A stretch of 33,318 nt of DNA from a virus (taxonomy: Duplodnaviria; Caudoviricetes): positions 1 through 33,318 of the IMG/VR virus record IMGVR_UViG_3300028025_003099, one strand, 5' to 3'. The position numbers were made by a program, and so were the translations under genes. Below, piece after piece: positions 1-9,741 of the stretch. Within the stretch, counting starts at the first letter, position 1. Every line of letters begins with the position of its first letter. The notes beneath the pieces are model-generated. The model was not told where the DNA came from. It searched no databases and worked only from the letters and a program-made list of their open reading frames with translations.

Positions 1-27
1 CAAAACGCCCGAAAAGAGCGACAAGTA

Positions 28-690
28 ATGGTAACGGCTAAAAAGCCTGCGGTTAAACGAGCGCCAGTAAAACGGGTTGCAAAACCTGCGCCTGTTAGGA
101 ACCCAGACTTTACAGACAAGGTTGTTGATCTTATCAAGTGGGTAGACAGTCCGTTCAAGCTGATCTCAGTGGTGCTAATTGCGTTTGTTGCGTTTGCTGG
201 CTACTTTGCTTGGGACTCACGGCAGGTCATTCTTGGCGCAATCAGTAGCAAGAAGACGGAACTTAAAGAGCCATTGTTGGTTGAGGCTATTGCCAAGTCT
301 TTGATTTACGACCTAAGCGCAGATGTGGTGGTGGTTAACTCAGTCAATCTTCAGTCAAACAGTCGCACAACCATCTTAGCAATGAGCAATCAGGGGCGTG
401 AAAAATCGCTTGAGGGCGTAATCAACGCCTTGTTTACCAGTTCGCCTGAACGCAACCGTGCGGTCATCACGATGTTTCAAGGCGAAGTAGCCTGCGATCC
501 GTTTGTGCCAAGCTCAAAACTCGGTGAGTACGCTGTCAAACATGGTGTGACATATATGTGCCGTGGCTCAGTACCCCCAGAACAAGGGCGCTTTGTAGGC
601 TACATAGCGGTGGGTTTCAAGATACCGCCCAAAGACATTTCACAAGCAAAGACTCGTATTAACCTAGCAAGCACGGAGATGAGTAAATGA
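28..690 (+). CDS. Putative holin with T4 gpT-like architecture (basic N-terminus, one TM helix, soluble C-terminal domain)
   Basis: 220 aa; Lys/Arg-rich N-terminus; TM segment LISVVLIAFVAFAGYFAW; two Cys in the C-terminal domain; ATGA overlap with the endolysin. Confidence 0.5.
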   Translation: MVTAKKPAVKRAPVKRVAKPAPVRNPDFTDKVVDLIKWVDSPFKLISVVLIAFVAFAGYFAWDSRQVILGAISSKKTELKEPLLVEAIAKSLIYDLSADVVVVNSVNLQSNSRTTILAMSNQGREKSLEGVINALFTSSPERNRAVITMFQGEVACDPFVPSSKLGEYAVKHGVTYMCRGSVPPEQGRFVGYIAVGFKIPPKDISQAKTRINLASTEMSK

Positions 691-1223
691 TTAGCAATTG
701 GGATCAAGCGTTTAAACAGATGCTCGCATCAGAGGGCGGCTTCACAGACGACGAGCGTGATAACGGCAACAAGCTACCAGACGGGCGTAAAGGCTCAACT
801 ATGTTGGGCGTGACCCAGTTCAACTGGGAGCAGCACGTTGGGCATCAGGTCACCCATGACGATATGCGTAAGCTAACCCCTGCGGATGTTGAACCCTTGT
901 ACAAGAAGAAGTACTGGGACGTTGTTCGTGCTGACGAGCTGCCAAGCGGGATTGATTATTTAGTGTTTGATATGGGTGTAAACGCCGGTCCGGGTCGTTC
1001 AATTAAGCTCTTGCAAACTGCCGTAGGTGTACCTGCCGATGGTGGCTTTGGACCGATGACAATGGCTGCGGTGCAGGCTGCTGACCCTGTTAAGTTAATT
1101 CAAGACTTTAGCGATGCCAAAGAAGCTTTTTACCGCAGTCTTGATTCTTTTACCGTCTACGGCACAGGGTGGCTAAATCGTGTTGCAGCAGTTAAACTGA
1201 AAGCCTCAAGTATGCTTGGGTAA
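687..1223 (+). CDS. Endolysin, glycoside hydrolase family 108 with C-terminal peptidoglycan-binding domain
   Basis: SEGG catalytic motif, TMLGVT, YKKKYWD, FDMGVNAG, LQTAVGVPADG, GWLNRV. Confidence 0.9.
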   Translation: MISNWDQAFKQMLASEGGFTDDERDNGNKLPDGRKGSTMLGVTQFNWEQHVGHQVTHDDMRKLTPADVEPLYKKKYWDVVRADELPSGIDYLVFDMGVNAGPGRSIKLLQTAVGVPADGGFGPMTMAAVQAADPVKLIQDFSDAKEAFYRSLDSFTVYGTGWLNRVAAVKLKASSMLG

Positions 1224-1235
1224 GGGAGTTTAAAC

Positions 1236-3143
1236 GTGCCACTACAAAAACTGACTATGCGTCCGGGGGTCAACCGCGAGGGAACTAACTATTCCAACGA
1301 GGGTGGCTGGTATGACTGCGACAATATTCGGTTTCGTTCTGGCTTTCCTGAAAAGATTGGCGGTTGGATACGTCTGTCAGCAAGCACGTTTAAAGGCATC
1401 TGCCGCTCATTGTGGAACTGGGTTACCTTAGGTGGTGCTAATCTGCTCGGTCTCGGTACAAACTTAAAGTACTACATTGAAAACGGCGGCATCTACTACG
1501 ACATTACGCCTATCCGCAAGACAACAACAGGCACAGCTACTTTTGCAGCAACAAACGGATCAGCCGTATTGACGGTGACTGATGCTTCTCATGGTTGTAT
1601 TGTTGGTGACTTTGTAACCTACACGCTTGCTGTGTCGTTAGGCGGTGCAATCACTGCCACGGTGTTGAATCAAGAGTACCAAATTGTTTCAGTACCAACA
1701 GCTAATACTTACACCATCAACGTTGTAACCCTAGCCAATGCAAGCGATGTAGGTAATGGCGGCGGTGCTACGGTAGCTAAGTATCAAATTAACGTAGGTA
1801 CAGTTACGCAGATTCCTCTGGTTGGTTGGGGCGGCGGTGGTTGGGGTCTTGGAACTTGGGGTGTTGGTACGTCTTCAAACACTCAATTGCGCTTGTGGTC
1901 AAACGATAACTACGGGCAGGACTTAGTTCTTGCGCCTAGAAACGGCGCTATTTATTATTGGGTAGCAAGCACTGGCACAAGCGTTCGGGCGCAGGCTTTG
2001 TCTACGCTTTCTACTGCCGCAGGCTATGCAGGTACTTATGTTCCCACGCAAACGCTTGAAGTTTCAGCATCGTCTATTCAACGGTTTGTTATTGCTTTTG
2101 GGGCTAACTCTTACGTTTCAGGCGACCCTAATACTGAATTTAACCCAATGTTGGTACGTTGGTCAGACCAAAATAACCCGTATGAATGGGTTCCTGCTAT
2201 TACCAATCAGTCTGGTGAGTTCCCCCTGTCGCACGGCTCTTCTATCGTCTCATACATCAACACCCGCCAAGAGATTTTGGTGTGGACTGACTCAGCCTTA
2301 TATTCAATGCAGTATTTAGGACCGCCATATATCTGGGGTTTTAATATATTGATGGACAATATCTCCGTCATGTCCCCAAACAGCATGATCACGGTTAACA
2401 ACATTACTTACTGGATGGGTGTTGACAAGTTTTACATGTACTCTGGGCGTGTAGAAACCTTGCCTTGTTCGTTACGTCAGTATATTTTTAATGACATTAA
2501 CATTGCCCAAGCCTATCAAGTGTTCTGTGGTGGCAACGAAAGTTACAACGAAGTCTGGTGGTTTTACTGCTCAGTCGATTCAACGTCTGTAGACAAATAC
2601 GTTATTTACAACTACCTTGATAAAGCTTGGTATTACGGCTCAATGTCACGCACAGCATGGTTAGATTCTGGTTTGCGTCAGTACCCAATGGCTACTAACT
2701 ACGACAGCAGCACGTTGACAGGCAGAACTTTGTACCACGAGGCTGACGTAGATGACGTTGCTGGAACTACCCCTGTGCCAATCGAAGCCTACATTCAGTC
2801 TTCTGACTTTGATATTGGTGATGGTCATAACTTTGGTTTTGTCTGGCGCATCTTGCCTGACGTTAACTTTAACGGCTCAAACGTTAATAATCCTTACGTC
2901 ACAATGACAATTAAACCTCGTCAAAACGCTGGTTCGGCTTATGGCGCAGCAAACAGTCCTGAAGTGCAAAGCGCAGACAACTATGCAGTTAGTCGGTCAT
3001 ACAACATTCAGCTCTTTGATGGGCAGGTCTATACCCGCCTGCGGGGTCGGCAAATGGCGTTTAGGATTGAGTCCAATGAACTGGGCGTGGCATGGCAGCT
3101 AGGCGCACCAAGAATCGATGTTAGACCAGACGGCAGGAGGTAG
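1236..3143 (+). CDS. Podovirus tail tubular/DNA stabilisation protein (P22 gp10/T7 gp12-like) with a beta-rich insertion
   Basis: 635 aa, GTG start after GGGAG; beta-propeller-like Trp/Tyr/Gly pattern (VRWSDQ, EVWWFY, YVIYNY); lies ahead of the internal virion genes. Confidence 0.65.
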   Translation: MPLQKLTMRPGVNREGTNYSNEGGWYDCDNIRFRSGFPEKIGGWIRLSASTFKGICRSLWNWVTLGGANLLGLGTNLKYYIENGGIYYDITPIRKTTTGTATFAATNGSAVLTVTDASHGCIVGDFVTYTLAVSLGGAITATVLNQEYQIVSVPTANTYTINVVTLANASDVGNGGGATVAKYQINVGTVTQIPLVGWGGGGWGLGTWGVGTSSNTQLRLWSNDNYGQDLVLAPRNGAIYYWVASTGTSVRAQALSTLSTAAGYAGTYVPTQTLEVSASSIQRFVIAFGANSYVSGDPNTEFNPMLVRWSDQNNPYEWVPAITNQSGEFPLSHGSSIVSYINTRQEILVWTDSALYSMQYLGPPYIWGFNILMDNISVMSPNSMITVNNITYWMGVDKFYMYSGRVETLPCSLRQYIFNDINIAQAYQVFCGGNESYNEVWWFYCSVDSTSVDKYVIYNYLDKAWYYGSMSRTAWLDSGLRQYPMATNYDSSTLTGRTLYHEADVDDVAGTTPVPIEAYIQSSDFDIGDGHNFGFVWRILPDVNFNGSNVNNPYVTMTIKPRQNAGSAYGAANSPEVQSADNYAVSRSYNIQLFDGQVYTRLRGRQMAFRIESNELGVAWQLGAPRIDVRPDGRR

Positions 3144-3145
3144 GT

Positions 3146-3397
3146 ATGTCTACTGGCACAACTAAGTCTCCAAACTTGCCTGTTGCTCCACAAGAGTACG
3201 ACAGAATATATTTTGAGCAATTAACCAACGTGTTGCGGCTGTACTTTGCACAGTTAGATAATCCGGGATTTTCTGCGGCAAGTGGTTTAAACTTGAATAT
3301 AGACAAGCTTCCCACACAAACCAGCCTTGGTGCGCTGCGTTCTGGTGATGTATATCGGGATACTACTGCCGGTAATGTTTTAAAGGTGAAGGTATGA
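3146..3397 (+). CDS. Hypothetical virion-associated protein
   Basis: 83 aa, RBS GGAGG, coupled to both neighbours. Confidence 0.6.
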   Translation: MSTGTTKSPNLPVAPQEYDRIYFEQLTNVLRLYFAQLDNPGFSAASGLNLNIDKLPTQTSLGALRSGDVYRDTTAGNVLKVKV

Positions 3398-3723
3398 ATA
3401 CCTACGTTCCAGTTGAGCATGAATACATTGAGTTTGCAGAAGTTGATGATATTTGGGTTCGCGCTTACTCAATGGAAAAAGCTGAAAGCTATGCCGGTCA
3501 GCATATTCACGCACATGATCACATGACAATTGTTTCCCGTGGAACAGTTGAGGCTTGGCAAGACAGCAAGTTGATGGGCGTTTACACAGCCCCTGCCATT
3601 ATTAAAGTACAAGCTGGCAAGGCACACGCATTTAAAGCATTAACTGATGACGTAGTTTTCTGTTGCATACACAATCTTCGCGGCACTGGTCTTGAGTCGC
3701 CTGAAATTATAGAAGGGTCTTAA
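3394..3723 (+). CDS. Cupin-domain protein
   Basis: HIHAHDH...G and AGKAHAF cupin metal-binding motifs, C-terminal CIH. Confidence 0.75.
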   Translation: MNTYVPVEHEYIEFAEVDDIWVRAYSMEKAESYAGQHIHAHDHMTIVSRGTVEAWQDSKLMGVYTAPAIIKVQAGKAHAFKALTDDVVFCCIHNLRGTGLESPEIIEGS

Positions 3724-3725
3724 TC

Positions 3726-5513
3726 ATGCCTATTATGTGGGGTTTAGCTATTGGTGCTGCAATGGGTGGCGGTATTGCTGCATTGCAAGGCAAAAAAATG
3801 GATGATGTGCTTAAAGGCGCAGCGTTAGGTGGTGCTACAGGCGCTTTAGGTGGTGCTTTAGCTCCTGCTACAGGTTTGGTTGGAGGAGTTACGAGTGAAG
3901 CTGCTACTGTTGCAATGCCAATTGCTGAAAGCACCATTACCTCGGCTCCTTTAGCAGAAACGGTTAACGCAGGTATTACTAGCCTGCCAAGTTCTGGCAT
4001 TACGGTTAATGGTTCACAGCTTATAGGCAATCAAATTCCTTCTGTAACGGGCATGTTTCCTAATGCTGCGGCTCCTTTGTCTGAGGCAGCATCGAGTGTG
4101 CCAACCCTTGCAAACACTGCGTCAAATCAAGCAGCAACTAAAACAGCGGGAACAGGGTTCTTTGATTCAGGTTTTGGCAAAACTCTTGCTGATAACAAAG
4201 GCATGTTGGGGCTGGGTGCTTTAGGTTTAATGGCATTAAAGCCGCAAGGAAGCGGCGGAAGTCCTGAGCAAACTAGTTACATTCGTCCGTATTCTTACAA
4301 TCAATCTAATCAAACTTACTCCGCACAAGCTCCTATCAAAGCTTCTGATTTTGGCACAAGGTCAGTTGCCAATGGCGGCATAATTGGCATGGCTGAAGGT
4401 GGTGACGTTACAACAGAAGAACAACGCGAGAGCAGAGCAAATCCTACGCTTGAAGCTTTAGCAGCAATTCAACAAGCTCAACAACCTTATCAACCTCCTG
4501 CTGTATCGCAAGGCATTGCACAACCATTGATTCAGCCTCAAATGGCTCAGATTCAACAACGTTATGCTGCACCGCAACGACAGGTTCCTGATGCGTTTCA
4601 GTATCAAGCTCCGTCGTTTGTTAAGTATGCAAACACTGGAGGCGGTGGAATAGCAGGTGTTGGCGGTGGTGGTGGTGAGGCAATTGATCCTGTTACAAAA
4701 CAGCCAGTCAAAACTGCTGCACAAATTATCGCGGCTAAAAAACCCGCTACCGGTAGCGGTGGTAGTAGTGGTAGCAGCGGCGTTTTTGATACTTACGGCA
4801 ACGAGATGGGTCCTAAAGATATATATTCAGGACCCGGATATTACGACAGATACCCTGTTGCTGAAGTTTATAACTACGAGACTAATCAGCCAACACGCCC
4901 TTTTAACCCAAACGAGGGTTCGCCTGAGTTTAATGTGCCTTCTGTTTTTCCTGTTGACCCATCAAGCGGAATGGCAGAGGTGCAGCAGATGTTTGCTAAT
5001 CAAGGGTACACCGAATTTATTCCAGATGCCCATACTGATTATTACGGAAATACAGGAGGAGATGCTGACGGTGGGTTAATAGCTGACAAACATCCTAGAT
5101 ATGCAATGGGTGGCGGGATTGGTGGTTATTACCCTGAACCAGATGATGGTAACCGTCAACTTGGTCTTGCCGGTTTAAACCAAGGTCCACAGTATCCGAT
5201 GCAAGGTATTGGCTACGCTATGGGCGGTCATTTGGGTGGCTACTCTGATGGTGGTCAGTTACTTAAAGGACCCGGCAACGGCACAAGCGACGATATACCG
5301 GCGGTCATTGGCAATAAACAACCGGCAAGACTTGCCGATGGCGAGTTCGTAGTGCCTTCTAGAATTGTTTCTGAATTAGGCAATGGTTCAACGGATGCTG
5401 GGGCAAAACAACTTTATGCAATGATGGACAGGATTCAATCTGCTCGACGTAAAACGGTTGGTAAAAACAAGGTTGCATTTGATGCAAAAGCTAGAAATCA
5501 ACTCCCTGCCTAA
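3726..5513 (+). CDS. Internal virion/ejection protein, low complexity
   Basis: 595 aa; Gly/Ala hydrophobic N-terminus; repeated xAxGG motifs; C-terminal GPGNGTSDDIPA...LADGEFVV. Confidence 0.65.
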   Translation: MPIMWGLAIGAAMGGGIAALQGKKMDDVLKGAALGGATGALGGALAPATGLVGGVTSEAATVAMPIAESTITSAPLAETVNAGITSLPSSGITVNGSQLIGNQIPSVTGMFPNAAAPLSEAASSVPTLANTASNQAATKTAGTGFFDSGFGKTLADNKGMLGLGALGLMALKPQGSGGSPEQTSYIRPYSYNQSNQTYSAQAPIKASDFGTRSVANGGIIGMAEGGDVTTEEQRESRANPTLEALAAIQQAQQPYQPPAVSQGIAQPLIQPQMAQIQQRYAAPQRQVPDAFQYQAPSFVKYANTGGGGIAGVGGGGGEAIDPVTKQPVKTAAQIIAAKKPATGSGGSSGSSGVFDTYGNEMGPKDIYSGPGYYDRYPVAEVYNYETNQPTRPFNPNEGSPEFNVPSVFPVDPSSGMAEVQQMFANQGYTEFIPDAHTDYYGNTGGDADGGLIADKHPRYAMGGGIGGYYPEPDDGNRQLGLAGLNQGPQYPMQGIGYAMGGHLGGYSDGGQLLKGPGNGTSDDIPAVIGNKQPARLADGEFVVPSRIVSELGNGSTDAGAKQLYAMMDRIQSARRKTVGKNKVAFDAKARNQLPA

Positions 5514-6120
5514 ATCTTTAGCAGAAGCTCGTGTTGTTGGGCATAATCTTTACTACACGGGTAAAGAGTGCAAGCACGGGCATTTAACCTATAGATACGT
5601 CAAAGACAGAGCATGTTCTGATTGTGTAAAGCTAAAAGTAAAAAAATTAGCTACTGTTGGCGGTGGAAATGCTCGGCGATGGGCAAACAAAACACCAGAA
5701 CAGTTAGTAAAAATTTATTTACAACGCAAAAATTATTACGCACAAACAAAAGAAATTAGACGTGAGGAAAAAAGAAAATCTGTACACAAGCTAAAAAATA
5801 CAATTGAATGGCGCACAAAACATAAAGAAAATAATAAAACTTGGAAGTTAAACAATATTGGAAAGGTTCGTGCAGACACCATAAAGCGTCGTGCGTCAAA
5901 AATTCAAAGAACTCCACCTTGGCTTGATGTAGTGCAAAGCGCAGAGATTGAGTTTACATACAAGTACTGTGCGGCTTTACGGTCTATCGGTTTAAACTAT
6001 CATGTAGACCATATTGTTCCGCTTCAGGGTAAAAATGTTTCCGGTCTGCATGTTCCTTGGAATTTGCAAGTAATACCCGCCGATGAAAATATACGAAAGG
6101 CTAATAGGTTTGAAACATGA
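5482..6120 (+). CDS. Free-standing HNH endonuclease with N-terminal Zn-finger
   Basis: YHVDHIVPLQG...GLHVPWNLQVIPADENIRKAN; CKHGH...CSDC; ATG at 5482 preferred over the TTG at 5458. Confidence 0.85.
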   Translation: MQKLEINSLPKSLAEARVVGHNLYYTGKECKHGHLTYRYVKDRACSDCVKLKVKKLATVGGGNARRWANKTPEQLVKIYLQRKNYYAQTKEIRREEKRKSVHKLKNTIEWRTKHKENNKTWKLNNIGKVRADTIKRRASKIQRTPPWLDVVQSAEIEFTYKYCAALRSIGLNYHVDHIVPLQGKNVSGLHVPWNLQVIPADENIRKANRFET

Positions 6121-6527
6121 ACGTACAGCATGTCCCAATACAGTATGTGAACCAAACTTGGGGTGCTGTTTCGGGGTTTATACAGTCGGCAGTTGAACAA
6201 CAGACCGGCGATAAAGATTACACGTTAGACCAGATTCAGGCTTATGTTACCGGTGGTCAGTGGGTTTTATTGGTTGCAACAGAAGATGACAAGATTATTG
6301 GTGCAGCAACGGTAAATTTGTTTAATCGTCCTAACCACCGTGTTGCTTTTATTACTTACATTGGTGGTCGTTTAATTGTTAGTAAAGAGTCGTTTAAACA
6401 GATGTGCCAAATATTACAAAGCTTTGGGGCTACATCCATAGAAGGTGCTGTTAATGACGCTGTTGCTAGGCTATGGCAACGCTTTGGGTTCGTTGAAAAA
6501 TACAAAATTGTTGAGGTTACGCTATGA
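6117..6527 (+). CDS. GNAT-fold acetyltransferase-like virion-module protein
   Basis: 136 aa; KIIGAATV strand and VARLWQRFGF C-terminal GNAT-like motif. Confidence 0.55.
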   Translation: MNVQHVPIQYVNQTWGAVSGFIQSAVEQQTGDKDYTLDQIQAYVTGGQWVLLVATEDDKIIGAATVNLFNRPNHRVAFITYIGGRLIVSKESFKQMCQILQSFGATSIEGAVNDAVARLWQRFGFVEKYKIVEVTL

Positions 6528-7723
6528 AGTACAACCATTTGGATATGTTACCCGAACGGGCTTTTATTAAAGTCGGTGGGCAAATTAAGCCTCAAGGTGG
6601 TGGCGGTAGCGCACCAACTACAACAACGGTTCAAAACACCAACATTCCTGCTTACGCACAGCCTTATGTAGAAAGTACATTAGGTAAAGCTGCTGCGTTA
6701 ACTGATACAACCAACAACCCGTATCAGCCGTATCAGGGTCAGCAAGTTGCTACGTTTACCCCGATGCAGAACCAAGCATTTCAGAACGTGGGTAGCCAAC
6801 AGATTGCGCCTCAATTAAGCGATGCATCAAACATAGCGTACATGACTGGTCAATACGGTCTTGGTACGCAAGGCACAGCAGCACAACTTCAAAACGCATC
6901 GTTAGGTTTGGGCGCAATGGCTGCGGGTTCTGGAGACAGATACGCACAACAGGCAACCAATCCTGCCGCGCAACAAGCGTACATGAACCCGTATCTGCAA
7001 GCTTCGCTTCAGCCTGCTTTGCAAGAAGTTCAGCGTCAGTACGACATTACTGGCACTCAACAAATGGGTAACGCTTCTAAGTCAGGTGCGTTTGGCGGTA
7101 GCCGTGAAGCATTAATGGCAGCAGAGAATCAACGCAATAAAAACATTGCTATGAACCAAATGATTGGTCAAGGTTATAGCACTGCTTTTGACAAAGGGCA
7201 GCAAGCTCAACAGTTTGGCGCTAACCTTGGCTTGCAGGGTCTGCAAGCAGGGCAACAAGGCGTTCAAGGAGCTGTAGGTGCGGGTCAGTATGGACTTGCC
7301 GGTTTAGGGCAAGCAGGAGCCTCTGCCAGTACTCTTGGGCAGTTAGGTCAAACTCAGTTTGGACAAGAGCAAGCAGCCAACCAAGCTATGTTGTCAGCCG
7401 GAACTCAGCAACAAGCATTGCAACAAAAAGCTTTAGATACAGACTATCAAAAGTATCAAGCTCAGTTAAACTATCCTTACCAACAGATTGGCTTTATGTC
7501 CGATTTGCTGCGTGGTTTACCTTTGACACAGCAGTCGCAATCTATGTATCAAAACCCAAGTATGATTTCTCAAGCTGCTGGTCTTGGAACAGCGGGTATT
7601 GGTGCATACGGCATGTACAACATGATGAATAAACCCGCAGGTTCTGCTCGTGGCGGTCAGATTAAAGAAAGTGATGGGCTTGACACATTAGGCATGTACA
7701 ACGCCATGAAGGAATATCAATGA
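6524..7723 (+). CDS. Internal virion/DNA ejection protein, Gln/Gly/Ala-rich
   Basis: 399 aa; QGGGG near the N-terminus, GAFGGSR motif, long Gln-rich helical region. Confidence 0.65.
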   Translation: MKYNHLDMLPERAFIKVGGQIKPQGGGGSAPTTTTVQNTNIPAYAQPYVESTLGKAAALTDTTNNPYQPYQGQQVATFTPMQNQAFQNVGSQQIAPQLSDASNIAYMTGQYGLGTQGTAAQLQNASLGLGAMAAGSGDRYAQQATNPAAQQAYMNPYLQASLQPALQEVQRQYDITGTQQMGNASKSGAFGGSREALMAAENQRNKNIAMNQMIGQGYSTAFDKGQQAQQFGANLGLQGLQAGQQGVQGAVGAGQYGLAGLGQAGASASTLGQLGQTQFGQEQAANQAMLSAGTQQQALQQKALDTDYQKYQAQLNYPYQQIGFMSDLLRGLPLTQQSQSMYQNPSMISQAAGLGTAGIGAYGMYNMMNKPAGSARGGQIKESDGLDTLGMYNAMKEYQ

Positions 7724-9732
7724 ACCCAGTTAGCTTAATGGCAAATGCAGAAAAACTTAGCATTGGTCAGCTTCAACAAGCCGTAAAAAACGGTACAGTC
7801 CCTGCTTACATTGGCATTCCAATGATGCAAGAAAAAATGAAGCAAGCCAAGCAGGCTCAGGTTGCTCAAGCTCCTACTGAGCCTCCTATTGCCCAACAAG
7901 TCATGGCAGAAGCCTCTGGTATTGATCAAGTACCAAGCAACCTACCAGCGCAGGCTATGAATGATGGCGGCATTGTTTCTTTTGCTAACGGTGGGGATGT
8001 TGAAGATTTTGACCAAGAAGAATATGAAGACCAGTTGGCAGAACAAGAATACGCACAGGCTATTGAAGAACGTTTAAACGCTGCCGAACAGGGTGGCACT
8101 CCTAAGTCTGCCGATGTAAACCGCACACCAAGCGTTGAAGGCGGTATTAAAGCTCCTGCTGGTGATTTTTACAAAAACATGTACGGCGTACTAAAAGCAA
8201 AAGCAGAGGAAATGGGATTTAAAAACCCTGAAGCTATTGCTCGTGTTGGCGCTGCACAATCTGCTTTAGAAACCGGGTATGGAAAAGCTCTTGCCGGTGG
8301 TAATAATTACTTTGGCATTAAAGGCTCTGGCGGTAACAAGCAAAGCACTAAGGAATACTCTCCTGAGCGTGGCTACTACACCTCTAATGAAAGCTTTCGT
8401 ACTTATAAAGGCATGGAAGACTCTGCTGCTGACTACTTACGCCTAATGCAGCATCCTCGTTACGCCAAGGTTGCTTCTGCTCAGACTCCTGAAGAAGCTA
8501 TTGAATATCAAGGTCGCAGTGGATACGCAACATCGCCAAAGTACGGCTCGTCGCTTAGAGCTATTCACAGTGCAAACATGGCTGAAGGTGGTATTGCTCG
8601 TTTAAACAAAGGCGGCGTAGCTCATTTTTACGGCGGCGGAACTAATGACACTCGCTCAGAAGAAGATAAACGTTTAGATGAAATATTAAACAATTTTGCT
8701 TCTTCTCCAGAAGATGTTGGCGTTTCTTCAGAAGCTCCTGCATTAGGGCAGTGGTGGAATAAGACAGCAAAACCGTATTTGCGCGGTAAAGGTACGGTTT
8801 ACGAAAAACCAGAGCAAGTAAACAGTGTTGTTAACCCAACACCTGTTAATACTATTCCACCATCTGCCGCACCTAGAATTCAATCTGTTATTGCAGGAAC
8901 CTCAGAGTTTCCTGAAGAACAAGGCATGGGCGGTATTTCTAGCGCACCTGAAGTTAAAACTGGTTCTGCATCGGGTGTTGAAAAACTTGATAGCGACACC
9001 ACAAGCTCTGGCAGCGGTTCTAGCGCTGGCTCTACTGGCACAAGACAAAAAAGCGAGTACGACTTAATCCGCGAAGACATTATGAATCAGCGCGAAGAGT
9101 TAAAACGTCAAAAGCAAGAAGACAAATACATGGCTATCTTGCAAGCCGGTCTTGGCATGATGGGAGGAACTTCGCCTAACGCTATGGCTAACATTGGTCA
9201 AGGTGCATCTATGGGCATTGCTCAATATGGTGCTTCAGCCAAACAACGTGCTGCTGAAAATGCTGCGTTAAACAAAGGTTTGATTACCGCACAACGTTAT
9301 AGAAGCATGGATGAGTATCAACGTGCTGCCTTAGCTGACCGCGAATCTGGCAGGACAGCAGACCGTGAGGCTCGCTCTTCAGATAAAGCCGATGCTTTAA
9401 GTCAACAAGATAAAGCGTTAATGATTCGTACTGAAGACAATACTATTGCAGGAATTAGCAGGCGTGAAAAACAAATTGAAGACAATATTAAAGGTTTGTT
9501 TAAAATGGACGCATTTGGTCAATTTGAACCGGGTCAAATGGAAAAATATAATCAAGCTGTAGCCAAAGCAAAAGCAGAAGATAATGACTTGAAAAAATAT
9601 CACACCAGAATGGGGGCTTTGCAAAAATCATTGTATAACTTAGATTACACACCGCCAAATTACGGCGTTGCTACTCCAAAAACTAATTTACCTCCGTTAA
9701 ACTCTAATACAGCTAAACAATTTCAGAAATAA
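7720..9732 (+). CDS. Internal virion protein with GH73 (FlgJ-type) glucosaminidase domain
   Basis: AQSALETGYG, NNYFGIKG, FRTY...DY, GYATSPKY motifs at about 8250-8545. Confidence 0.85.
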   Translation: MNPVSLMANAEKLSIGQLQQAVKNGTVPAYIGIPMMQEKMKQAKQAQVAQAPTEPPIAQQVMAEASGIDQVPSNLPAQAMNDGGIVSFANGGDVEDFDQEEYEDQLAEQEYAQAIEERLNAAEQGGTPKSADVNRTPSVEGGIKAPAGDFYKNMYGVLKAKAEEMGFKNPEAIARVGAAQSALETGYGKALAGGNNYFGIKGSGGNKQSTKEYSPERGYYTSNESFRTYKGMEDSAADYLRLMQHPRYAKVASAQTPEEAIEYQGRSGYATSPKYGSSLRAIHSANMAEGGIARLNKGGVAHFYGGGTNDTRSEEDKRLDEILNNFASSPEDVGVSSEAPALGQWWNKTAKPYLRGKGTVYEKPEQVNSVVNPTPVNTIPPSAAPRIQSVIAGTSEFPEEQGMGGISSAPEVKTGSASGVEKLDSDTTSSGSGSSAGSTGTRQKSEYDLIREDIMNQREELKRQKQEDKYMAILQAGLGMMGGTSPNAMANIGQGASMGIAQYGASAKQRAAENAALNKGLITAQRYRSMDEYQRAALADRESGRTADREARSSDKADALSQQDKALMIRTEDNTIAGISRREKQIEDNIKGLFKMDAFGQFEPGQMEKYNQAVAKAKAEDNDLKKYHTRMGALQKSLYNLDYTPPNYGVATPKTNLPPLNSNTAKQFQK

Positions 9733-9741
9733 GGAATAATT

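Noticed and set aside
1540-1790. Ubiquitin-like conjugation system (E1 FCCH-like insertion plus GG motifs)
   Set aside because: The beta insertion is a common structural module in tail proteins; no E1, E2 or JAB enzymes or ubiquitin-like protein seen
5458-6120. Group I intron around the HNH gene
   Set aside because: Flanking genes are complete and overlap the HNH ORF, leaving no room for a ribozyme core
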